Shown here: piece after piece, positions 1 to 9,999 of the stretch
Numbering within the stretch: the stretch's first letter is position 1
How the letters are laid out: every line of letters starts with the position of its first letter
NCBI GenBank assembly: GCA_973895155.1
Contig: OZ316894.1
Span: 4,488,944-4,552,943 of the forward strand
Reading direction: 5' to 3'
Length of the DNA stretch: 64,000 nt
Source: Marsupella aquatica
Taxonomy: Eukaryota; Plantae; Marchantiophyta
Position numbers and translations under genes: made by a program
The notes under the pieces: generated by a model
Told to the model about the DNA's origin: nothing
Databases searched by the model: none
The model's input: only the letters and a program-made list of their open reading frames with translations

Positions 1-108
1 GCCCCTGGTGGAGGCTACTGGCTGTGATTGCTGGTGGACTGTTGCTCCTTCTGGTACATCAATGCCTGCCCCTAATTTTTGAAGGTAATTTTGCAGATCT
101 TGTTCAGC

Positions 109-804
109 ATGGCACACATTGCTTGTCAGCTGCTGGATCCAAGATTTGGGCATAGGGAGCACCTCCGTATGGATCCCCCTTGTTGTTTTCACTGTGACGA
201 GGGAGGAACTGTTTTGTTCTGTGATGGCCCTTGTGGTCGCCATTTTCATTATGTAGTTGATGGCCACAACCCTGATGAAGAAGATGGCCATGGACCTACA
301 TGTCAGCGGATTGTCATTTCCAGAGGTCATGATTGGGCTGCAGCTTGGCTTTGTGACCTCTATCAGCAAAATAGAGGAAGATGTTTTGGTTGTGGACTCC
401 TTGGTAGAACCTTGAGACCCACCACAGATGAGCCCCTTGTGATACAATGTTCTCATGATGGCTGCTACTCATTTTACCATGTGGGCTGTCTCCGGACACT
501 TCTGCGATTGGGGGAAATGCCTTTCACCCGCCATCCAGATAACCCTGATGCACATCCCGATGCTCTTATATGCCCACGACATTACTGTGAGGTCTGTAAG
601 GAGTATCGAGAGGGCATTTGGGATTTTGTCCAATGTCGTAGATGCCCTCGTGCATGGTGTCGTGATGAAGGACCAACAACAGACAGGCACTTGAGGAGAA
701 GGGTGAGGGGCCGAGACACCTGGGACATTGGACAGTGGCGCATGATTTACTATACTCACCATGTCATCCTTGAGGGTTCTGATATCCCTAGTACCCATGA
801 CTAG
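109..804 (+). CDS. EDM2/NSD-type composite PHD-finger module, stand-alone and partly degenerate; probably transposon cargo
   Basis: CFHCDEGGTVLFCDGPCGRHFH...CFGC...QCSHDGCYSFYHVGC...LRLG...ICPRHYCEVC...QCRRCPR follows the Cys/His spacing of the EDM2 2.5-PHD module as I recall it (CDNGGEILCCEGSCLRSFH...CPLHKCSVC...CRRCPK). Some ligands are lost (CDLY, RAWC). Confidence 0.7.
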   Translation: MAHIACQLLDPRFGHREHLRMDPPCCFHCDEGGTVLFCDGPCGRHFHYVVDGHNPDEEDGHGPTCQRIVISRGHDWAAAWLCDLYQQNRGRCFGCGLLGRTLRPTTDEPLVIQCSHDGCYSFYHVGCLRTLLRLGEMPFTRHPDNPDAHPDALICPRHYCEVCKEYREGIWDFVQCRRCPRAWCRDEGPTTDRHLRRRVRGRDTWDIGQWRMIYYTHHVILEGSDIPSTHD

Positions 805-883
805 ACCAGCATGACTGCTATTGATTTCACCATCTTATAACTTGAACCTTTTTTGTACTGGACCCATAAGACAGCCTAAATTA

Positions 884-1031
884 TATGAACTTAAGTATTT
901 GGTTGAAGGCTATGGACTTAAGTATTTGGTTGCATGCTATCGACTTAAGTATTTCGATGAATGAAATGGACTTAAGTATTTGCTTGAACGAAATGGAATT
1001 TTGATCGATGAATTGAAATGGACTTAAGTAA
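884..1031. repeat. Degenerate ~27-bp tandem repeat (core ATGGACTTAAGTATTT)
   Basis: ACTTAAGTA recurs five times between 888 and 1030. Confidence 0.8.
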
Positions 1032-1606
1032 GTCTCATTGACTACAATAGATTGAGTGTTCAGATGACATTGTGAATGGTTGACTTGAGTCCTGATCTTT
1101 TTCCATGTCTGTCCATTGTTGTATGACAGGTTCATCTACCTAATCCTTGTCCCTTACTTTCATAGCCTGTATAACTATCCATCATGGCACACCTAGGCAT
1201 GAGCTCTATCAGATTGGTAGAAAAGAGTGGGGAGGGAGGAAAGCCTGATACTCCAATCTGTGTCATGTCCTTCAAAGAGGCAGACTCTGGCAGATTTCCG
1301 TCTGAAATGTGTAGGTGTAGTAGAGTTTGACTTTGATTTTTGGGATGAGAGGTTGCCTGGTCAAGTCCGGCGCTTTTCAGAGAAGACTGTTGGGGTGACT
1401 GAACTTCAAGGGACAATTTACGTGATTGCACAGTAAGTTACCCTCAGTTGCCTTGCCTACTGAGAGGGTCACAATTGGTTCCTCTCATTCATCTGCTGCC
1501 ACTGTGTCCAATTTGGCAGGCACAATTCCCTTGACTGAAGGACAAACAAAAGGGGTGCCAGTACAGGCTATTGTACTGCCTGTCACAGGCTCCTTTGAGT
1601 CTCACC

Positions 1607-4600
1607 TCATGTCTGAGGCTGCATCAAAGACCTGGAATGATGAGTGGTTGAAGCTATGATCCTGGGTAAACCAGAAGGGCTTCGGTGAGCACAAGTGGAG
1701 AGTGCGGACGTGGGATGAGGGAGGGGAGTGTCGAGGTCATCTAGAATGCTTAGTGTAGGGAGACTTATGGGAATGCAGCCAATTCACAGGTGCTCAAGTC
1801 CATCGCAAATTGCTTTAGCAATTTCAAGACAAAGCACCTGACCAACCCTAAACACAAGGAGAACGTACTGGTGTAAGCAAAGGGGTATACCTGGAGCTTT
1901 GGTGACGGCTGCTGACACTATACAGCAACCATTGTTTGATCATAGTATGCAAATAGGGGCTGGTGTGGAAATAGTGGGAAAGTTGAATGAAGAGGTAGGT
2001 GGGGTGGTAGAAGTGTTCTCTATCACACCATCTCCCACTGATCCAACATTTGCACGGAGGTCATTCCTATTTAAGGTCAGATGTATAGTCTGTGGCAAGC
2101 TACATACTGACATGTGCCCTAAGAAATCCAATTTGGAACACAATTTAAGGCAACACCTTGTCAGTCGGGATCATATGGATGCACTTGAGAACGTTGTCAC
2201 CAGTACCCAGGCTGCACTGAGGGCAGGGAAGAAGGGGAGACCAAGGAAGCCTGATGCTCGTGATCTGTTTCCATCTCAAAATTCTATTCTGAATTTCTTT
2301 AGAGAGGACAGCTCTGCTGCAGGGAGCAGTTCAGGCAGAGGTGGGTTGTATTCCTCCATTGAGCCAAGTTTAAGTTTGCTTTGTTGGGGCCTATGGGAGT
2401 CAGAGGTGAAGTGGACAGGGGATTCTATGGCTGTGAAAGGCATACTTGATGATCAAGAGGGAGGAAATGTGTGGGATTGTGACCGTACAACCTGTGCTGA
2501 GGTTTTCAATGTAACTAGTCAGTCAGTTGTTGGTATACATGGTTGTTTTAGGCACAAGCAATGTCACGGGGTGTCCATTAATGGAGGTGGTTTTCAAAAC
2601 CTCACTTGCACTCTATGTGATTCTATAAAACGTGAAGATGATTTTCGTGGCAGAGTGCACAGGGAAGCGGAAGCATTAGTGCAGAGAGGAGATAGGACTA
2701 CACAGTGTGGGATGAGGTTGGCATACTTGACCAAAACTGAACTGAGGGAACATGTTGGTAACCTCACCACTCGCTTTAGGAAACAGCGTTGGCTGTTGGC
2801 ACAACAGGCTCAGAAAATTTGTGCCCTGAGTGTTAGGCGAAAGAAGCTAGAAGATTTATTAGGAGTAGCCCATGATAGGAAAGATTTAAGACTGTTTCTG
2901 AGAAATATTGTGAATGGACATAGATGTGGTGCTTTTGGTGGCAAGGAAGGGTTGTGGGATTCCTGACAAATGTAGCTAAGAACTTGCAAAGAGTTGCTAA
3001 GGGTTATCGATACAGTAAGAGAACCAGGGCTTTCTCCCAAGCCATGTTTCAATTTGGAGGCAGACAAGTGGCTCATTGTTTCCAGGCTAACCTAGGTGGT
3101 CCAGGTCTGAAGACCTTGAAACGTGATAGAGCAAAACTCCCACCCTTTAGAGCTGGCATTCAAAAAGAGATATTCCAGGAGGTGTGCAGAGTACTGTGTG
3201 CATCAAAGCGGTCACTTGGAATTGCAGGAGATGTACCAGTAATGTTTGTTGAGGATGAAACAAGGATCAAAGAGAGACCCAGGTTTGTGTTTTTGTCTCT
3301 ATAGTAAATTAGCTTGTTTTTTTGAATGTGTTGGGTGAGTTTGCATGTCATGAGCTGATGTCTGTATTCTATTGTGTGTGACAGATGGGAAGCTAAATAT
3401 GACACCCTCATTGGTTTCTGTGGCCCCTTAGAAGAGCACTGTACATGTTCTTCTGGCTTGGAAGTACTGGTTGGAGCAGGTACTGAAGGGTATGACAAGA
3501 TTGTAAGTACTTTTGAGCAATATGCCAAAGGCATGTATGCTAGAGTAATCATTGTCAATCCTCTGCATGCAAAGATGCCTAAATTGGCATTGTGTGTTCT
3601 ACCAACATGTAACAAGTTTCGAGCTCCCTGGGTAAGAGAGCATTGGGTGCAGCTGAAGTCCATGTGGGACACACATTGCAGAGACAGTGTTGGTCCTTTG
3701 TTGGGCCATGCTAGTGATGGTGATGCTCGTCGTAGGAAATTGATGATGGAAGATTATACTGCTGTGAATGGTTCCTTTCCTAGGTACAGTGTCGGATGGG
3801 TTGGGTGGCAATACTCAGTGTCCATACTTCCGAATGGAGATCTATATGGTTTTGGAGACCAAGACCCACCTCACAATGGCAAGAAGGCAATTAACCCATT
3901 GGACCGAGTGTCTGCTATGTTAGTTCTTGGTGATCAGCATGCATCTTTGTCATATGTCACATCTGTTTATAACCATTATGCAATTCATGAGCATGGTTTG
4001 CATTGGGATGATGTGAATAGGACAGATAGACAAAACTGGGCTGGCCCACAACGAATAGCTTCCAGGAGAGTGCAGGCCTGCCTGCAGCATATGTATGAGT
4101 GACGAGATGTTCATCATGACAGAAGCCTTGGGACCATGATATACTTGGAGGTTTATGCAGACTACATAGATATTTTCTTCTCTGTTAAGCATGACCTAAG
4201 AACCCGTGTTGTCTTGGCATCAAAGGTATCTTGGTTCTTCCGATTGTGGAGGCTATGGTTGAGGTATGGTGATCATTCTGTGACAGGGAATGCTGGATCT
4301 ATCACAGAGAAGAACATGATTTCTGTGCAGGCTTTCCATGATATCAACATGTCTTGTCATTTTGTAGTATTGTTAATCTGTGCCTTTCGGGACAAGTTCC
4401 CATATCTGCAAGTTCCATTTCACTTGCTGGGATCAGATTGTTGTGATATATTTTCAGCAAGGTAGGTGGCATGAGTGGCCATGAGAGAAATTATGACTTT
4501 GGATCTCTACTGGACAGTGCAGTGGGACTGAATCGACTAGCTGGATTAGAGTATGGACCAGAGGGATTGAAGATACGTCGATCACATGATAAACAGGATC

Positions 4601-5783
4601 ATGTTTGGGCAACTTTACATCCTCTGGATGAAGGAGAACAAGCTTCAAATTTATTGATTACTCTGCAGTTCAGACTAATGAGCTGGTTGTTGATGCTCTA
4701 AAGGAAGGTTTGCAGGAAGCAAAAGATTTGTTGTGCAAGCTGAACATGTCACCAAGGAGTTCTTTGCCAGCAGCGAAAAGATGATGGTGGGTTCATCCTT
4801 GGGAGGCGGAGGTAGAGACTTGGCCGGATACAAGTGTCATGAAAGAGGCTGTGTTATGTGATGATGCTGAAGACACAGTTGAGCATCGATCTACTGTAGG
4901 CCCTAGACCTAAGCCCCCAATTGGAGAGTTTCTAGAGTTTGAAGATCCTGAAGAAGATCTCAATCGGATTGATTCATGGGACACTCTGGACAATCAGGAT
5001 TGTATTGAGTCACTAACAGTTGATGATTGTTCGATTGAGGTGGACACTAACCCATTTTGTGAGATGGAGACACTAGGACATGAAGTAAGGCATGTCTTGG
5101 CTAGAGTTCAAGCAGACTTAACTGATGTGCAGACACCCCAGTCAGTAGTGTCTACTGTAACTTATGAGGGAAGGACTATCTACAAGTCCACTCTTGTGAG
5201 TCAATTGTGCTGCAATCCTTTCATGTCAAAGGATAGGCTAACTAGGATAGCCCAGAAGACCTATTACACTACTGGTAAGGAGAAGGAAAATGATGACTCT
5301 GTGACTTGATTGGTTGACCTTGGTACTGATATAGCAGTTTTGTTTGAGTCTGCTGCAGAGGTTGGTCCTTCTACCAGATCATCCAAGTCAAAGAAGAGGA
5401 AGGGAATAGATAAAGGGCCTGTTGTTGACGCAACATCTGCAAAGAAGGAATATTGGTTGGGTAGGATTGAGTTTATGATACAGAAGAATGGCTCCCATTG
5501 GGTCAAACGTCGGAAAGCAATAGATCTATTGGACAGGCCTGTACCTGCAGTTGGACAAAGTGGAAGTGTGTGTCGCTTGCAGTGTAATTGGTACAAATCT
5601 ACTGGTAACAACAAAACTTTGTTCACTTATGATGCAACAGATGGACAATGGATTGATATTGAGATGGTAATTTCAAATGTGAACTTGACAATGAAGTCTG
5701 GGATAGTTGACAGAGTGTATGTACTAGATGCAAGTGACTTGCAGGCTTTGACTACATACATTCAAAGTGTGAGTAAATTGTGA
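1607..5783 (+). pseudogene. Degenerate DDE transposase, P-element-like, with N-terminal C2H2 finger and AT-hook
   Basis: ORF pieces 1899-2966, ~2960-3282, 3386-4102, 4136-4465, 4471-4701 and 4839-5783 join across frameshifts, stops and a GT-AG intron (~3283-3385). Motifs: CIVCGK..H..H finger, KKGRPRKP AT-hook, MFVEDET, GHASDGD, QDPPHNGKK (DxxH), DRQN, GSDCCDIF(F)SKVGG. Confidence 0.65.
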
Positions 5784-5871
5784 TATATAATTTACTATTG
5801 TTTATTAAAAGTAGTTTGTTATGTGTGTATGTGATGCATTTGTAGGGTTAGTGGGAGGGAGTAGAGTAGGG

Positions 5872-5931
5872 GATGGCGGATTGGCAAATTGAGATTTATG
5901 CTCAATCAGGGGTTCAATTCCCCTCCGTCAT
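5872..5931 (+). other. tRNA-derived fragment (Pol III A/B boxes), not a complete tRNA
   Basis: TGGCGGATTGG (A box), TTGAG-7nt-CTCAA stem-loop and AGGGG-TTCAATT-CCCCT (T arm/B box). There is no proper acceptor stem. Confidence 0.4.
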
Positions 5932-6379
5932 GTGTACATCATCATGCATGAGTCTGTGAAGGAAGGTAGAGATGTGGACATCATCATGCGGGAGTTTGTG
6001 AAACAAGGTAGAGTACCGATGCCTTGAATAGGCAACCTATGTTGTTCGGTTACCTATCTATAGTATCTGGCACCCACCATGCTTCACTATTCAAGAGTGA
6101 AAACTACAAGTTGTTGGATGATATTTACAAGATATTCAGCTTCATGATGTAAATTCATTGAATGTATCAATTTGCATCAATTGGCTCTACACTATTGAGG
6201 TACTTAACTTCCTTAATAGGCATTTTTTAAATCATCATAAAACTTTCCATAAAGTTTTATAGGGGTAAACAATTCAAAAAATGGTCGCTTTTCAGAAAGT
6301 AAGGGAGTGGGGAAAAAAAAATTCACTTAAAAGTTAGGGGGTCCAGACCCTAAAACGTTGCACGAGATGTAGAGCCCTT

Positions 6380-7530
6380 ACATACAGTGACCCCCCCAAG
6401 GGCAACCCTGGCCAAGGAGAAGGATTTACCAAGGGGAGGATGGCCAGAAGATATTCGGTGGCCTGCCGAAGAACAAGCCAGCCCCCTACCCACGTTTGAT
6501 GAGGTTTGAAAGGCGACGTGGGAACAAAGGCCGTGTTGGGAGATGCCGGATCCTAACCACTCCACACATGCACGTTGCAGAGCGTTGGAGTATGGGAAGA
6601 TGTGCGGATTACTTGCCCTTGGCATCTTTGGGGAAGAGTTGGAGACGGGGCCTTTTATCCAAAGGGAGATGTTGGATAAAAGTCGGTTGGAAGAAGCAGT
6701 AGCCTTGGAGAGGATGAAGAAGGAAGAGGGCATCCGACGAGTTAGAGAGAGGGAAGCCAAGGCCGGAGATCTAAAAGCAGCCAAGCAGGCTCAAGACAAG
6801 CTTCGTGTTAGGAAGCATGAGCTTAGCATCATGCAGGGGCAGCTAGATACAACCATGGCTGATAACCAGTTATTCAAGAGCATGAACTAAAGGAGGCAAA
6901 GTTGGCTCACATAACGATCTGCAACAAGGCCATGGTAGAGGCGCAGAGGAAGGAGAGGGCACTAAAGGGGGAGCTCAAAGATCTCCGCGAAGCCTTTCAG
7001 CAAAAGAATGTCGAATTGGATAAAACCTACAGGGGCATTGATAATTGAAGGTGGACCTCGCACCTTGTTGGCCAACTTTGAAGCCAACCTGCGTAGGAAG
7101 GACAACATGCCCAATCAAACCTACGAGAAGATGAACAACATGGAGTATGATGTCATCCACAAGCTCAATGCGGAGCTGAGAGCAACTTAGGAGGAGAGGG
7201 CGGCCTTACGGACGAAGTTGGACGAGAACCAAAAGGAGTTAGAGGAAGCTCGTGGGGATTTGGACGAGACCCAGGAGGAGTTGGAGGACACAGTGCGCGG
7301 AAGATGGAAAACTTGCAGAGGTGGGTGGACAACCAAATGGAGCGATTGAAGAAACTAGCCAAGGAGTTGAAGCGCTCGGCTACATTAAGTGGACCCCCGG
7401 TGGCGGCAACAAGGTTGCAAGGCGTGGTATTGGCCAAAGGACAAGCCGAGGCACCCTTACACGTATCGAAAGTAATTGGCAAGGGGAAGGCACCGGTTGC
7501 CTGGGAAGGGAAGGACAAGAAGAAGTGAAA
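6380..7530 (+). pseudogene. Disrupted coiled-coil ORF of unknown family, probably internal to a transposon
   Basis: Consecutive E/K/R-rich heptad-like segments (LEEAVALERMKKEEG, LRTKLDENQKELEEARGDLDE) are interrupted by stops and frameshifts. Confidence 0.35.
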
Positions 7531-8919
7531 ACCTTCTGGGTCAGGAAGCAACATGGTTCCTCAGGCCACCGTGACTGAGGTAGAGGACATGGCACCGGCC
7601 TTGTGCGAGGTCACGACAGTTAAGTTGGCAGTCTTGGAGGTCAACCAAGAAGATCAGCTCGGTGCAGCCATGACAAGGACGGACTCAAGGTTGCCAATTA
7701 TTGAGAGGCATCAACCGCAACCTTGGGAGGAGGAAACAACCTGCCTCGTAGGACGAGCTTATGGAAGACCACTACGGTAATGAGACCGAAGCCGGGCGTG
7801 CCAGAATAGAAGCCGTAGCAGTGGACCCACCACTTTTGCATGTCGGGAAGGTAGCAAAAGCCGAGGCTGGAGTGGGACCCGATCATGCCAAGGGCGGGTT
7901 GACCCAGTCAGGAGCAGGTAACCTGTTAGAGGACGAACCTACAACATTGGCCACCGAGGAAGGATTGGGGGCATCCATTGGGCACCAACCACCATTGTTA
8001 TGACAGTGGTGGAGGGCCGTCCGTTTTAGGGAGGGCGGATGTGGAGGAAGAGGCGTGAGTGGGCAAAGCAGGCACGGACCTCCAGATTTAGGATTAGGGC
8101 CAAGAGGCGGCCCTAACACTTAGTTTAGTGGGATTGCGGATCCACTGGTAAGAGCAGCACTTGTGCTCTTGCCCCGTTGTACATAAGTAGGTTACAGTTA
8201 AATAGATTAGGCTTACGCATCAAGGAAATAAGTAGATACGCTGCCACGATAGATACTTATGCAACGGGGAGTTCAGGGTTTTTCTTGGCAAGTGTTTATT
8301 GCTCCAGCAAGGTTGGGATCAAGTAGTAAAAGAAGCTCTCGGTTAGTTATGCAGTGACCCTTGTGTATATTCATGTTTCCTCATGCCTAAGAGCTGAATA
8401 GAGTTGGCCTTCCAGCTTAGTTCGCAAATCTTGCATATGAGAAGTACAGTTTGTATGGCAGTTGCACGATATAACTTAATCAATATGAGTCATTTTTCTA
8501 TTTGTGTGTCACATCAACTTGTGTGAAGATTGTCCACATCAACTACAGGAGAGAAAGGAAGTAAGTGAAGTTGCAAGAAGCAGTATGAGTTGGATGTGTC
8601 AAGCTGAGAGAGATCTTAGCGACTACCCAAGCCAATTGGGCATTATTCCGGGGGGGGGGGGGAGGAATCCAAACATACCTAAAGGGAGACTGATAGAAGA
8701 GGAAGGGAGCTGCTTAGAAGTAGGTCATCTACATATCTCATGACCCGATGAAGGATCTGTCCAATGTATGTGAGTAAGAAGTTAGTAAAGAGATTAGCAG
8801 CGTCCCATGCCGATAAGCCGCTGAACCGGCCTTGGCAAGAGCGAAACCAATTGGAATCGGCTTGTTCAGGGGAGGTTCTTGGGTTTAGAGAGCCATGGGA
8901 CGCACCACAGTCTCCTTGT

Positions 8920-9410
8920 CCCAACCCCTTTCTATTTCAACACTATACATGCCCTCCATGTTTTTCCTCATTCCTGGCCCTATCCCCAACTCTTACCTAT
9001 ACAACCTAGCTTCTCTCCTCACTCCTTTCCTTGTCCCCCTCCTAAACCTATACCTTTAAACCTCCCTCATTTCCTTGTCCCTCTCTAAACCAATACCCTC
9101 CCTCCTAATAAAACCTATATCCTTAAACTATCTCATTTCCTTGTCCCTCTCTAAACCAATACCCCCCCTCCTCCCTCCCTAAATCAACACCCTCCCTAAA
9201 ACTATACGTACATACCCTTCCTCCTCCTTGTTTTTCTTTGTGCCTCCTAAACCTATATCCTACCTCCTGGATCGCTCCTTTCCTTGTCCCTGCTAGCCCC
9301 ATTCCCTTCCTCCTCCTCCTTTTCATTGTCTCTCCCTAAAACTACACGTATCCTCCCTCCTTTACCCTCCCTCCCCAACCCCATTCCTTGTCTACCCTTT
9401 TCTACCTCTT
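8920..9410. repeat. Pyrimidine-rich degenerate repeats (CCTAAACCTATA / TTCCTTGTCCC)
   Basis: Strong C/T strand bias. CTCATTTCCTTGTCCCTCTCTAAACCAATACCC is present twice. Confidence 0.6.
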
Positions 9411-9429
9411 TGAAGCACTCATAATATTT

Positions 9430-9957
9430 TGCAAAACCACTTGCGAAACCCCGAACAACGCACATTCATCGCTGTATTTGCGATAGCTTTATGCTTGCTA
9501 CTTCCCATCTCTGCGTCGTCGCAACTTTCCGAACAAACACGTTTCTCACATTTGCGAAACTATTTTCATCACAAATTGTGACCCTCGACAAACCACGTAT
9601 TTGCGAGACTACGTGCATCGCAACGTAGCCAGACAATCAACATCGTTCATTTGTGATTTAGTGCTTATGGCAAGATCCGTTGTGATGTTGTGGGCGTCGC
9701 AAACTTTGCCAGCCAGATTTGCGAAGCAATATGTGTCACTAAATGTTTAAATGATAAGGGCTTCAGAAATGTTTTGCGGTGAGTTTAGTATCGGAAGGGT
9801 TTGCGAAAGGTTTGAGATCGCAATATTTGGTTGCGATGTGTATTGCTTCGCGAGGTGCGATGCGGATTGTATCGTAATTATAGCGATAATTTTCATTTTG
9901 CAAGGCTTTCATCCGCTTGTAAAATGCCTTCGCAAAATCGACAAATATGTAGTAGTG
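9430..9957. mobile_element. Right end of a CACTA (EnSpm) element: TIR plus subterminal repeats
   Basis: Ends ...AATATGTAGTAGTG at 9957 (reverse complement CACTACTACATATT), preceded by many TTGCGA/TCGCAA motifs in both orientations. Homology to the HNL copy-2 3' flank starts immediately after it. The left TIR was not found in the window. Confidence 0.8.
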
Positions 9958-9999
9958 AAAGCTGTTCGTTCATGGACCTTGATTATCTAAAATCATCGG

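Noticed and set aside
5872-5931. Apparent UUA anticodon (ochre suppressor tRNA)
   Set aside because: No acceptor stem, a 2-nt variable region and non-canonical loop bases, so it is not a functional tRNA.
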